NCBI GenBank assembly: GCA_963761305.1 | Contig: CAVXGK010000002.1 | Coordinates: 3,136,001-3,200,000, forward strand | DNA from: an uncultured Gemmatimonadaceae bacterium | GTDB taxonomy: Bacteria > Gemmatimonadota > Gemmatimonadetes > Gemmatimonadales > Gemmatimonadaceae | Reading direction: 5' to 3' | Length of the DNA stretch: 64,000 nucleotides | Part shown: positions 27,304 to 38,770 of the stretch, one piece after another | Layout of the letters: every line of letters begins with the position of its first letter | Numbering within the stretch: position 1 is the stretch's first letter | Notes under the pieces: model-generated | Database searches by the model: none | What the model saw: only the letters and a program-made list of their open reading frames with translations | Told to the model about the DNA's origin: nothing | Made by a program: the position numbers and the translations under genes

Positions 27304-30249
27304 CTAGTCCATCTTGGTGGCCAGCCAGTTTTCGCCGACTCCGACATCGACGACCAGAGGGACCGCCAGGTCGGCAGCGTGCTCCATTTCGTGCCTGACC
27401 AGCGCCGAGAGGCGGACGAGCTCAGACGGCGGGGTCTCGAAGACCAGCTCGTCGTGCACCTGGAGCAGCATTTTGGCGTCGAGGGCATTGGCGGGCAGGG
27501 CGCGATGGATGCGAATCATCGCCGCCTTGATGAGGTCGGCCGCCGAGCCCTGAATCGGGGAGTTCGCGGCGGTTCGCTCGCCGAACGCGCGGATGTTGAA
27601 GTTCCGGTCGCGCAGCTCGGGAATGTAGCGGCGCCGGTTGAAAATGGTTTGCACGTAGCCGTGCTGCCGCGCGAACTCGACCATCGAATCGAGGTATTCT
27701 CGCACGCGATGAAACCTCTCGAAATAGCGTTCGATAAATTCCTTCGCTTCGGCGTGGGCGATTCCCAATTGGCGTGAGAGCGCGTGGGGTCCTTGACCGT
27801 AGATCGTCGCGAAATTGATCGTCTTCGCGCGTGCGCGCATCTCCTTCGTCACCGCGTCGATCGGCACGTCGAAAATGAGCGCCGCCGTCTGCCGGTGGAT
27901 GTCGCCGCCGGCGCGGAACGCTTCGACGAACGCCGGGTCGCCGGACAGGTGGGCCAGCAAACGCAGCTCGATCTGCGAGTAGTCGGCGGCGACCAGCACC
28001 CAGCCGCGGCGCGGAATGAATCCGCGCCGGATGTCACGACCCAGCTCGCGGCGGATCGGTATGTTCTGCAGGTTCGGATCGCTCGACGACAGGCGGCCCG
28101 TGGCGGCCGTCGTTTGGCTGAACGACGTGTGCACCCGCCGTGTCGTCGGGTGGACGTACAACGGCAACGCGTCGATGTACGTGCTCTCGAGCTTCGCGAT
28201 CTCGCGATACTCGAGCAGCAACACCGGGAGCCGGTGCCCTTCCTCGGCGAGTTGCTGGAGCACGCTCGCATCGGTGGACGCACCGGTCGCCGTCTTTTTC
28301 AGCACCGGCAACTGAAGCCGGTCGAAAAGGATTTCGCGAAGTTTGGGGTTGGAGTTGATGTTGAACTCCTCCCCCGCGAGGGCGTAGATCTCGCCCTCGA
28401 CGCGCCGGCGTTCGCGCTCGAATCGCTCTTTGAGCGACGCGAACCATTCGACGTCGATGGTGATGCCCTGCCACTCCATTTCGGCGAGCACCTCGACGAG
28501 CGGCATCTCGACGTCGTGAAAGAGGCGGCCGAGCTGCAGCTCGTCGAGCTGCGGCTCGAAGCGCTCGCGGAGGCGCCACACGACGTCGGCGCGCTCGCAT
28601 GCGTAGTCGCGCGCACAGGGCACCGGCACTTCGTCGAACGGAATGGCCTCCTTCGCTTTGCCACACAGCTCGTCGAGCGACGTCGTCTTGCGATCGAGAA
28701 ATTCGAGGGCGAGCTGGTCGAGCGCGTGCGAGCGCCGGCCGGGGTCGAGCACGTAGCTCGAAACCATCGTGTCGAAGTCGAGGCCGCGAAGCGTGACGCC
28801 GGACCGCCGCAGGAGCAGAATGGCGTACTTCGCATCCTGCGCGGACTTGTTGACCGCCGGATCCTCGAGCAGCGCGCGAAGCGGTGCGAGCTCGGGGCTG
28901 TCGAGTGGTGGAAGCGACACCGGCGGCGGCGCTCCCTGCGCCAACACGCGTGCCGCGATGCTCGTCGGCTCGGCGACCTTCCGCGCACGCGGACGCTTCA
29001 CGCCCGTGGCGTCGTCCGGCCGCTCCTCGGCCATCAACTCCTCGAGACCGAGGCCGACCTGTCCACCGACGTTGCGCGGACGGTGCGCGAGCGGGAAGTA
29101 ATACGCCTCACCCGGACCGACGGCGATCGAGAGTCCGGAGAGGGTCGTTCGAAGCGGGTCGTTCGTCTGCGGCGCGCTCGCGTCGACGACGCCTTCGACG
29201 TCGATGGAGATGTACGGCGCCGTCCGCGCGCGGTCGATTGCGTCGGCGAGACCGTCGAGGGTATCGACCGTCGCGTAGTTGGTCGGCGGGGCAGCGACGG
29301 CGGTTGCTTGCTCGACGGGCGCGTCATCGCCGGCCGGAAGGTTGCGGGCGAGCGAATGGAACTCGAGTTCGACATAGAGCCCACGAAGCCTCGCGTAGTC
29401 GGGCGTCTGCAGGCGCAGCTTGTCGAGCTCCAGCCCGATCGGCAGATCGACGCGAATGGTGACGAGCTCCTTGGAGAGCAACGCCAGACCACCATGCTCG
29501 AGCAGTGCTTCGCGCGGACGCTTCTTGGTGAGCTCGGCCGCGTGCGCGAGGATGTCGTCGAGCGACGCGTACGCGTTGACCAGCTCTTGCGCCGTCTTGT
29601 CGCCGATCCCCTTCACGCCCGGCACGTTGTCCGAGCTGTCGCCGACGAGGGCCAGATAGTCGGTCACACGCTCCGGGGGAACGCCGAGCCGCTCGCTGCC
29701 GTTCTCGACGCTGACCCATTGCTCTTCGACCGCGGCGGCCCCGCCGCGTCCGGGGTTCAGCAGCCAGATGCCCGGACGAACGAGTTGCTGAAAATCCTTG
29801 TCGCCGGAAACGACGACCACGCTGACGCCGGCGTCGACGCCCTGAACAGCGAGCGTTCCAATGACGTCGTCGGCTTCATAGCCATGTAACGAGAGAACTG
29901 GTATGTGGTAGGCGTCCAGTACGGCCCGAATCCGTTCCATGCCGCGATCGAAGTCGGACTGGAGCTCTTCGGTGAGCTTCTCGCGGGTGGCCTTGTACGC
30001 GGGATATCGCTCGTGACGAAACGACAGGCCCGAGTCGAGCACCCACCCGAGGTAGTCCGGTCGGTGCGTTTCGACGAGGCGCTGCAGGAAGTTGACGACG
30101 CCCCACGCCGCGGAGGTGTTCTCGCCGCGGCTCGTCGTGAGCGGCCGCGAGATGAGCGCAAAGAACGCGCGATAGATGAGCGCGTAGCCGTCGACGAGGA
30201 AGAGTCGTGGCGACGGAGGCATCGTGGCGCGGGCGGCTGGAGCGGTCAT
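27304..30249 (-). CDS. polA: DNA polymerase I
   Basis: 5'-3' exonuclease (LVDGY, YEADD), TGRLSS.DPNLQNIP, DYSQIELR, LQVHDEL. Confidence 0.98.
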   Translation of the reverse strand: MTAPAARATMPPSPRLFLVDGYALIYRAFFALISRPLTTSRGENTSAAWGVVNFLQRLVETHRPDYLGWVLDSGLSFRHERYPAYKATREKLTEELQSDFDRGMERIRAVLDAYHIPVLSLHGYEADDVIGTLAVQGVDAGVSVVVVSGDKDFQQLVRPGIWLLNPGRGGAAAVEEQWVSVENGSERLGVPPERVTDYLALVGDSSDNVPGVKGIGDKTAQELVNAYASLDDILAHAAELTKKRPREALLEHGGLALLSKELVTIRVDLPIGLELDKLRLQTPDYARLRGLYVELEFHSLARNLPAGDDAPVEQATAVAAPPTNYATVDTLDGLADAIDRARTAPYISIDVEGVVDASAPQTNDPLRTTLSGLSIAVGPGEAYYFPLAHRPRNVGGQVGLGLEELMAEERPDDATGVKRPRARKVAEPTSIAARVLAQGAPPPVSLPPLDSPELAPLRALLEDPAVNKSAQDAKYAILLLRRSGVTLRGLDFDTMVSSYVLDPGRRSHALDQLALEFLDRKTTSLDELCGKAKEAIPFDEVPVPCARDYACERADVVWRLRERFEPQLDELQLGRLFHDVEMPLVEVLAEMEWQGITIDVEWFASLKERFERERRRVEGEIYALAGEEFNINSNPKLREILFDRLQLPVLKKTATGASTDASVLQQLAEEGHRLPVLLLEYREIAKLESTYIDALPLYVHPTTRRVHTSFSQTTAATGRLSSSDPNLQNIPIRRELGRDIRRGFIPRRGWVLVAADYSQIELRLLAHLSGDPAFVEAFRAGGDIHRQTAALIFDVPIDAVTKEMRARAKTINFATIYGQGPHALSRQLGIAHAEAKEFIERYFERFHRVREYLDSMVEFARQHGYVQTIFNRRRYIPELRDRNFNIRAFGERTAANSPIQGSAADLIKAAMIRIHRALPANALDAKMLLQVHDELVFETPPSELVRLSALVRHEMEHAADLAVPLVVDVGVGENWLATKMD

Positions 30250-30322
30250 CGTGGCGAAAGGTCGGAGCGTCGTGGGGCGGGTTCAACCCGCGACTGTTTC
30301 GCGGTGCCTCGCGCCGGGTCCC

Positions 30323-30355
30323 AAAACAGCACCGCCCGCCATCGCTGGCGGGCGG
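30323..30355 (-). terminator. Probable terminator of the cold-shock gene
   Basis: 10-bp stem ccgcccgcca-tcgc-tggcgggcgg followed by TGCTGTTTT on the minus strand. Confidence 0.55.
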
Positions 30356-30383
30356 CTGCAGGGTTGTTCTTCCCGGGGTCGAG

Positions 30384-30584
30384 TCAGACCCGGACCACGT
30401 TGGCGGCGTGGAGCCCCTTCTCGCCGGTCCGGATTTCGAACTCCACTTCCTGCCCCTCGGCGAGCGTCTTGAACCCTTCCATACTGATGGCGGAGAAGTG
30501 GACGAAGACATCTTCTCCGCCGTCCTGCTCAATGAAGCCGTACCCCTTGGCGTCATTGAACCACTTCACCTTCCCTCTGGCCAT
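30384..30584 (-). CDS. csp: Cold-shock protein (CspA family)
   Basis: [24 protein letters not shown]. Confidence 0.97.
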   Translation of the reverse strand: MARGKVKWFNDAKGYGFIEQDGGEDVFVHFSAISMEGFKTLAEGQEVEFEIRTGEKGLHAANVVRV

Positions 30585-30654
30585 GCGAGCTGCCTCCGCC
30601 AGGATGAATCACTCCTGCGTGGTGCCGCGCAAGCCGGACGGCTTGCGCGGGCCC

Positions 30655-30684
30655 TATATAGGAGAGGCCTATCGGTTTTGTCAA
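30655..30684 (-). promoter_or_regulatory. Sigma-70-type promoter of csp
   Basis: Minus strand TTGACA-N18-TATATA about 70 nt upstream of the ATG. Confidence 0.65.
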
Positions 30685-31609
30685 GCAACGTGGACAGGCG
30701 TTCTTGCCCCGCCTCCCACCCGACGTTAGGTTCGCGCCGTGCCCCGGGAAAACCTCGTCGGACAAACGATCGCTGGCTATTCGCTGCAAAGCGAAGTCGG
30801 CGAAGGCGGAACGTCGGCCGTCTTCCGCGCAACCCACGCCGCGCACGGCACCGTCGCCGTGAAGGTGCTCCGCGAAAAACTGCGGCAGGACCGAACCGCC
30901 GTCGCGCGCTTCCTGCGCGAGGCGCGCTATGGCGAGCGCGTGCAGCATCCGAACGTGGTCCGCACGATTGAAATCGGCGAAGCCGAGCCCGGGATGCATT
31001 TCCTGGCGATCGAGTGGGCGGCCGGCGACATCCTCGAGAAATACGCGAAGCAAAAAGGGCCGTTGCCGGTCGATGAGGTCTGCACGGTCGTGCGACAGAT
31101 CGCCGACGCCGTGCATGCGGCGCATTCGGTCGGCATCGTGCATCGCGACCTCAAGCCTGAAAACGTGATGTACGATCCGACGGCGAGAAAGGTGAAGCTG
31201 CTGGATTTCGGCATCGCGACGGACACCGACCAGTCACCCGAACAGCGCCTCACGCGCGCCGGCTTCTTCGTCGGCACGCTGATGTACGTCGCCCCCGAAG
31301 CACTCTCGGGGGAGCTGGTCGGCCCGCTCGCCGACCAATACAGTCTGGCCACGATCGCCTACTTCCTGCTGACGGGTTCACTGCCGTTCCCGGCGAAGAC
31401 GCCGCGCGAGATGTTCTCGCAGCTCCTGTCGCAGCCGCCGATCCCGCTCAATCAGGCGAAGCCCGGACTCAAGTTCTCGGCCCCGGTCGAAGGCGTGGTG
31501 ATGCGCGGCTTGAGCAAGGAGCCGCCGAAACGCTACGTGGACGTGGTCGAGTTCGCGCGCGAGTTCTGCCAGGCGACGGCGACGCCCGGGCAGGCCGAAA
31601 AGCAGGGCT

Positions 31610-33031
<1,422 letters not shown>

Positions 33032-33088
33032 GGGTGTCAGGTCTGGCGGACGGTGTTTAATTGATCGCCGACACAGCTCACAATCGCC

Positions 33089-33649
33089 ATGTCGAAACGA
33101 GATGAACTAATCACGCTGCTCGCGACGCGATCCGCAAAGCGGGGGACGTTTACGCTGGCGTCTGGTCGGCAGTCTTCGTTATACATCGACGCGCGGACCA
33201 CCACAATGAGCCCGGAGGGTCTCGCGCTGATCGGCCCACTCGGGGTCGCCGCGATTCGAGACGCCGAATGGCGGGCGGAAGCGGTCGGTGGTCTGACACT
33301 CGGCGCCGACCCAATTGCCTGCGCCATCGCGTACGCCAGCGCGTCGACGGATGTTCCGTTGCGCGCGTTCACCGTGCGTAAGGAACCCAAAGCGCACGGG
33401 ACGGGACGGCTGATCGAAGGGGCCTTTCAACCCGGCGACGCCGTCGTCGTGATCGAAGACACGATCACGACCGGCGGCTCAGCGCTCCGCGCAATCGAGG
33501 GGATCCGCGCCGGCGGTGGAACGATCCTGGGCGTGCTCGCGCTCGTGGATCGCGAAGAGGGAGGCCGCGAGGCGATCGAGGGCGAGGGTCACCGCGTGAT
33601 CTCGCTAGCGCTGGCGAGCGAGATCACGCCGAGAATTCCAACTGCTTGA
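33089..33649 (+). CDS. pyrE: Orotate phosphoribosyltransferase
   Basis: FTLASG..S..YID, VRKEPKAHG, IEDTITTGGS. Confidence 0.95.
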   Translation: MSKRDELITLLATRSAKRGTFTLASGRQSSLYIDARTTTMSPEGLALIGPLGVAAIRDAEWRAEAVGGLTLGADPIACAIAYASASTDVPLRAFTVRKEPKAHGTGRLIEGAFQPGDAVVVIEDTITTGGSALRAIEGIRAGGGTILGVLALVDREEGGREAIEGEGHRVISLALASEITPRIPTA

Positions 33650-33665
33650 ACGGGGTGACCGGACG

Positions 33666-34547
33666 CTAGTGGACCTGGGGCGGCGGCTGTGCGGCCCACA
33701 TGAGCGACAGCGGCCGCAGCCGCCTCAGCTGCTCGAGGTGAGGCAAGACGAGCGTCGCCCGGAAATGGTCGAACATGCCGCGGCCGTCGTAGTTCTCTCG
33801 CAGTTGCAGCGCCGTCATGTCGAGCAGCATTCGGACGTGCCGACCGAAGCTCTGCGGCGACGAGTAGTCCATGTGGTTGGCGATGTTGGCGACGGAGAAT
33901 CCCGGGTTCTCGAAGAGCCGCGCGGCGCGAACGAGACGCGCCATGGCGAGATACCGTTTCGGCGACGGTAGCTTGGCGCGGAAGAAGCGGCTCATCATCG
34001 TGCTCGGAAGCACGTCGAGCCTCCGTGACAGCGCGCGCACCGTACAGACGTGCGCCGGCACGAGGAACAGCGCTTCGAAGAAGCGCCAACAATCGTGCGA
34101 CACGCCGGCGAGATCGATCGCCAACTGCCCCAATGCCTCGCGCTGAATGTCTTCGACGCGCGTGGTGAGCAGGTAGTTCCGAAGCTCGCGCCACCCGTCG
34201 GCGTCGCGGACGTCAACCAGTTGGCGAACGCCCGTGGACCCGAGCGACAGCATGGTGTGCGGTGCGACGCGGTCGACGTTCGTGAGCAGCGCGACGGTGG
34301 GAACGCGTGGGAATTCTCGCACGAGTGCGGCGACGGCGGATCGCTCGGCCGAATCGCAACGCGCGACCGAGAGCACGACCGCGGCGGCCCGTCGCGTCTT
34401 GAGGTCCTGCACGACCTCGGCGACCGAATCGCGGTGGATGGTGTGGTACCATCCGTCACCGGCGGCATCGACGCGCAGGCGCTCGGTGGGAGTCAACATC
34501 GTTGCAATCGCGAGCGGCTGCGCGGTGCTGCGTGGATCCGGATGCAT
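33666..34547 (-). CDS. AraC-family transcriptional regulator
   Basis: C-terminal double HTH (SVANIANHMDYSSPQSFGRH); alpha/beta N-terminal domain. Confidence 0.85.
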   Translation of the reverse strand: MHPDPRSTAQPLAIATMLTPTERLRVDAAGDGWYHTIHRDSVAEVVQDLKTRRAAAVVLSVARCDSAERSAVAALVREFPRVPTVALLTNVDRVAPHTMLSLGSTGVRQLVDVRDADGWRELRNYLLTTRVEDIQREALGQLAIDLAGVSHDCWRFFEALFLVPAHVCTVRALSRRLDVLPSTMMSRFFRAKLPSPKRYLAMARLVRAARLFENPGFSVANIANHMDYSSPQSFGRHVRMLLDMTALQLRENYDGRGMFDHFRATLVLPHLEQLRRLRPLSLMWAAQPPPQVH

Positions 34548-34713
34548 GGGAGTGCTCCTGCGCGGCGAACTGGGTGGAATTCTGCGAAGGACTTCGCACC
34601 GAGCCGTCGTCGGCTCGTTGCGGAATGACGATAAGCGCTAGTTGTCAGCCGCTCGTCATGCGCGCGCGCGGTCGTTTGGGCGACAGCGCGGCGCGATCAT
34701 TATGTTTGAAACA

Positions 34714-35115
34714 GGTTGCCAACCGGGTGGTCGCGAACGGCATCGTTTCATCGCCGTTCGAGGAAAGTCCGGGCTCCATTGGGCGCGCTGCCAGATAACA
34801 TCTGGGCGTCGCCGGCTTCGGCCGGATCGACGACGGACAGTGCCACAGAAAACACACCGCCGACGACGTCTGAGGAAACTCGAACGAACGGGCAAGGGTG
34901 AAAAGGCGGGGTAAGAGCCCACCGCACGATCGGCAACGATCGTGGCAGGGTAAACCCCAGCGGGAGCAAGGCCAAATAAGCAGCGAGGGGTGCCCACCCC
35001 GCCCAAGACGCTGCGGGTAGGCTGCTAGAGGGCGCGGGTGACCACGCTCGGAGAGGAATGACCGCCGGCCGGACTTCGGTCCGGCGCACAGAACCCGGCT
35101 TACAGGTTCGCGACC
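34714..35115 (+). ncRNA. rnpB: RNase P RNA (class A)
   Basis: GAGGAAAGTCCGGGCTCC, AGTGCCACAGAAA, GGTAAACCCC, ACAGAACCCGGCTTA; the 5' and 3' ends pair (GGTTGCCAACC with GGTTCGCGACC). Confidence 0.97.
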
Positions 35116-35116
35116 G

Positions 35117-35147
35117 ACGGCGCGCCGCACACACGGCGCGCCGTTTT
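35117..35147 (+). terminator. rnpB terminator
   Basis: 11-bp stem acggcgcgccg-cacaca-cggcgcgccgt followed by TTT. Confidence 0.8.
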
Positions 35148-35155
35148 GCGTTCTC

Positions 35156-35827
35156 TCATTCGTCGTCGAGCACGTTCGGCCGCGTCGTCGCGCGGCTGAT
35201 ACGCTCTTCGCGCATGCGCGGCGCCTGCATCAATCCGGCGGCGGGCATCCATCGTCCGCGAAAGACCTGACGCAACGCTTTCCAGATGAACCGCACGGTC
35301 ATGATCAGGCCGGCGAGGACGACGAGCGCGAGGGCCAGCGTGATCAGCGGATGATGCCAGATGCCCACGGCCACCGCGGCGACCAGCACGAGCTCCGCTC
35401 CGTTCGCCAGGCTGTTGGTGATCGGCTCGGGCGACGCGTCGATGGCGTAGCGCAGGCCAAGCTTCGTGGTGTGGGTGGTGATCGCGAGGCCACCGCCGAG
35501 CAACGCGGCCACGAGAACGATCACCGGGTCGGCGTGCCACGCGGTCGCGGCCGCGAGCACCGCGGCGGCCGGCGGCCGGATGAGACTGTGCAGCGTTTCC
35601 CACGCCGACGCGACGCCCGGCACCAGGGTCGCGACGAACTCGATGCTGTAGAGCGCGAGAGCGAGGAGAATGACGGCGAGATTGCCGAAGCTCTCGATCG
35701 TGGTGGGGACGTTCTGCACCCACCCGTAGCGCACCGCGAGGCCGGTGATGGCCACGGTGGCGTAGAGATTGAGTCCGGCCGCATAGGCCAGTCCGAGACT
35801 CTGGACCAGCGTGATGAGACTGAACAC
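35156..35827 (-). CDS. DUF4126-family membrane protein
   Basis: LGLAYAAGLNLYA, IRPPAAA, SPEP. Confidence 0.8.
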   Translation of the reverse strand: MFSLITLVQSLGLAYAAGLNLYATVAITGLAVRYGWVQNVPTTIESFGNLAVILLALALYSIEFVATLVPGVASAWETLHSLIRPPAAAVLAAATAWHADPVIVLVAALLGGGLAITTHTTKLGLRYAIDASPEPITNSLANGAELVLVAAVAVGIWHHPLITLALALVVLAGLIMTVRFIWKALRQVFRGRWMPAAGLMQAPRMREERISRATTRPNVLDDE

Positions 35828-35869
35828 GTCGAACGGACTCCTTTCCCCGGGGCCGGGGAACCCCGCCGC

Positions 35870-36982
35870 TCAGTCGAGCAGCCGCAGCGGCATGACCAGA
35901 CACAGGTAGGACGCCGGATCCGCCCAACCTTCTGGCTCGAGCGTGGCCGCGCGTTCCGGGGCTTTGAGCGTGAGACGGACTTCGTCCGTCGGAATGAACC
36001 GCAGAATCTCGAGCAGGTAGTTCGCGTTGAAGCCGATGTCGAGTGGATCGCCCGTGTATCGCACCGCGAGCTCGTCAGTGGCCTCGCCGAGATCGGGGGT
36101 TTGCACGCTGAACTTGAGCATCCCCGCGTTGAACGATAGCCGAATGCGATGCGTCTGGTCAGAGGCAATGATCGACATTCGACGAAGCGCGCTCGTGAGG
36201 GCGGTGCGATCCGCGATGGCGACGCGGTTGTTGTCCTTCGGCAGCACCTGGTCGTACGGCGGGTAGGGACCTTCGATCAGGCGGGTGAAGACGGCCGTGA
36301 ACGGGGAGCGGAAGCCGAGATGGTTCTCACCCCTGGCGATCTCGAGCTCCTCGTCTTCGGGGAACAGTCGGCGAATCTGCTCGAGCGCCTTCGCCGGCAC
36401 GATCAAATCGCTGGACGGAGCGCCGCCGGACTTGATTGGCGTCTCCATCTTCGCCAGCCGGTGGCCGTTGGTCGCCACCATGCGCATCAGCTCCGGTCTG
36501 AGCTCCCAGAGCACTCCGTTGAGGATCGGGCGACTCTCCTCGGTCGAGACGGCGAACGACGTGTGCGAGATCAGCTTTTGCAGATCGCCCGAACGAATGC
36601 GCCAGCTCTCGTTGAAGCGAACGGTCGGAAACGCGGGAAACTCGTCCCGCGGCAATCCGAGAATCTTGAAATGCGAGCGACCACAATCGAGCGTGATGCG
36701 CTGTTCGCCGGCGGCGGCGATGCGCACAGGGGCCGGCGGCAATTCGCGAGCGATCTCGCTGAGCTTCTTTGCGGGGATGGTTGTGGCGCCGTTGGTCTCG
36801 ACGTCGGCGGCGACTTCGGTGGTGACCGCGATATCGAGATCCGTTCCGGACAGGCGGATGCCTTTGTCGGTCGCCTCGATGAGAATGTTCGCGAGGACCG
36901 GCAGAGTCGTTTTTGCAGGAATACTCGCGGTTACCGCGGCAAGACCTTCCTGCAGTTTTTCCCGGGAGATCGTGAACCGCAT
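35870..36982 (-). CDS. dnaN: DNA polymerase III beta clamp
   Basis: GTDLD, ATNGHRLA, RLIEGPYP, GFNANYL, LVMPLRL. Confidence 0.98.
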   Translation of the reverse strand: MRFTISREKLQEGLAAVTASIPAKTTLPVLANILIEATDKGIRLSGTDLDIAVTTEVAADVETNGATTIPAKKLSEIARELPPAPVRIAAAGEQRITLDCGRSHFKILGLPRDEFPAFPTVRFNESWRIRSGDLQKLISHTSFAVSTEESRPILNGVLWELRPELMRMVATNGHRLAKMETPIKSGGAPSSDLIVPAKALEQIRRLFPEDEELEIARGENHLGFRSPFTAVFTRLIEGPYPPYDQVLPKDNNRVAIADRTALTSALRRMSIIASDQTHRIRLSFNAGMLKFSVQTPDLGEATDELAVRYTGDPLDIGFNANYLLEILRFIPTDEVRLTLKAPERAATLEPEGWADPASYLCLVMPLRLLD

Positions 36983-37214
36983 TGCGGAGGGGCTCCTTTG
37001 TGCAAAACAACTCAGCGTTACTAGTTCTCTTTAAGAGATGAAATACCTAGTAGCCGTAGTAGTGCCTGTTGACCAGTGGAAAATCGCTGGAAGTTACATC
37101 GGATCAAACAGTTCCACTATGGGGGCTCATGTGGACGTCATGTGGGGAACGCGAGTACTCCAGAAGCCAACAGCCGACTGAACGACATCCTGTGGATAGC
37201 CGGCGGACGTTTGT
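36983..37214. other. oriC: Chromosomal replication origin oriC (dnaA-dnaN intergenic)
   Basis: AT-richer segment; DnaA-box-like TGTGGATAG (37191), TGTGGGGAA (37141), AGTGGAAAA (37075), TGTTGACCA (37067); TAG trios at 37048-37062. Confidence 0.85.
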
Positions 37215-38600
37215 TCAATTCCGCAGACTTTCCAACGCCGCTTGGATCTTCCCAACACGCTGCCCGAACGACGGATCTTCGTTCTTCATCGCGGAAACGC
37301 GCTCGAGGGAGTGAATGACGGTCGAGTGGTCGCGCCCACCAAAGGCGGCGCCGATTTCGACGAGCTGCATGCCAAGCAGATCTCGCATGAGGTACATCGC
37401 GACCTGACGCGGCACGGTGAGATTCTTCGTTCGCGTCTTCGAGCGAAGCCCCTCGATCGTGACGTTCCATTCTTTGGCGACGGCTTGCTGAATGGCAAAG
37501 GTGTTGAGCGCCGGGCCGCCGGCCGGCTCGCCAGGAAGCGCCTTGAGTTTGTCGCGCAGGGCCTCGCGCGCCACCTCGATCGTGATCTCGCGGTGCTTGA
37601 GCGACGCATATGCGAGCAGCTTGATGATCGAGCCTTCGAGCTCGCGAACGCTCGATCGCACGTTTTCGGCGATGAAGCGGACGACTTCCTCGGGGATGGT
37701 GAGCTCGAGGTGGTCGAGTTGCGCCTTTTGGCGGAGAATCGCGATGCGATGCTCGAGGTCCGGCATCTCGATGTCGGCGACCATTCCCCACTGGAAGCGA
37801 GACACCAGGCGAGCTTCGAGGCCGGGGATCTCCAGGGGCGGCCGGTCGCTGGTGAGGACGATCTGGCGGCCGCCTTCGTAGAGCGCGTTGAATGTGTGAA
37901 AGAACTCCTCCTGCATGGCTTCCTTTCCCTTGAGGAAATGGACGTCGTCGACGAGGAGGAGGTCGGTCTCGCGGAAGCGGCGACGGAAATCGGCGGTGGT
38001 TCGGTTCTGGATGGCCGCGACGAGCTCGTTGGTGAACTGCTCGGTGCCGATGAACGTGATTCGCGTTTCGGGCTTTCGGAGCAGGATCTCGTGGGCGATG
38101 GCCTGCATGAGGTGCGTTTTGCCGAGGCCTGTGTCGCCGTAGATGAAGAGCGGGTTGTAGACTTTTCCGGGGGCTTGGCCGACGGCGTGGGCTGCAGCGG
38201 CCGCGAGCTCGTTTGATTTCCCGATGACGAAGTGCGCGAACGTGTACCGATCGCTTAATGGTGGCGAGTTGATGCCGCTATTCTGTGTCTGAACGGGCCG
38301 CTGCGGGGGCTGCGCAATGAACAGATCCATCTGCGATCTGGCCCGCCGTTCCTCGGTCACCTTGAACACCACGCTCAGCGGATGCCCGAACGCGATGGGG
38401 GCCAGGCTGGCGAGCATGTCCGCGTGCTTGGACTCGTTCCAGTCGGCCGCAAACTGATCGGGGCAGCCGACAAAGACCGTGGTCTCGTTCATCGACAGCG
38501 CCTCAGTCGGCTCGAGCCAGGTTCGGTAGGTCTGCTCGGGCAGCTCTTGACGAGCGCGATCGAGCAGACGGCTCCAAGCTTCGTGGGCGGTCAGCGTCAT
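37215..38600 (-). CDS. dnaA: Chromosomal replication initiator DnaA
   Basis: YNPLFIYGDTGLGKTHL, QEEFFHTFN, GGRDHSTV. Confidence 0.99.
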   Translation of the reverse strand: MTLTAHEAWSRLLDRARQELPEQTYRTWLEPTEALSMNETTVFVGCPDQFAADWNESKHADMLASLAPIAFGHPLSVVFKVTEERRARSQMDLFIAQPPQRPVQTQNSGINSPPLSDRYTFAHFVIGKSNELAAAAAHAVGQAPGKVYNPLFIYGDTGLGKTHLMQAIAHEILLRKPETRITFIGTEQFTNELVAAIQNRTTADFRRRFRETDLLLVDDVHFLKGKEAMQEEFFHTFNALYEGGRQIVLTSDRPPLEIPGLEARLVSRFQWGMVADIEMPDLEHRIAILRQKAQLDHLELTIPEEVVRFIAENVRSSVRELEGSIIKLLAYASLKHREITIEVAREALRDKLKALPGEPAGGPALNTFAIQQAVAKEWNVTIEGLRSKTRTKNLTVPRQVAMYLMRDLLGMQLVEIGAAFGGRDHSTVIHSLERVSAMKNEDPSFGQRVGKIQAALESLRN

Positions 38601-38648
38601 GTCGGCGACGAAGAAGTGCGGCGCGGGGGAGCGAAGCTAGATCTGCCG

Positions 38649-38657
38649 TGTGGAAAA
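38649..38657. promoter_or_regulatory. DnaA box upstream of dnaA (autoregulation)
   Basis: TGTGGAAAA, one mismatch to TGTGGATAA, about 50 nt before the dnaA start. Confidence 0.6.
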
Positions 38658-38770
38658 AGCAAACCGAACACGTGCACGCCGGCATAAACTGTCTTGAACT
38701 ATCTGCCGAGCGGGACTAACCTTAAAGGTCTGTATCGCAAATCTGCTTCGACCGCTTTTGGAGTGCTCCA

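Noticed and set aside
27784..29889. 701-aa plus-strand ORF, and similar long antisense ORFs over mutS, murB and the M16 genes
   Set aside because: Shadow ORFs expected opposite real genes in high-GC DNA; no recognisable motifs.
34642..35134. Several short ORFs on both strands
   Set aside because: They overlie the RNase P RNA gene.
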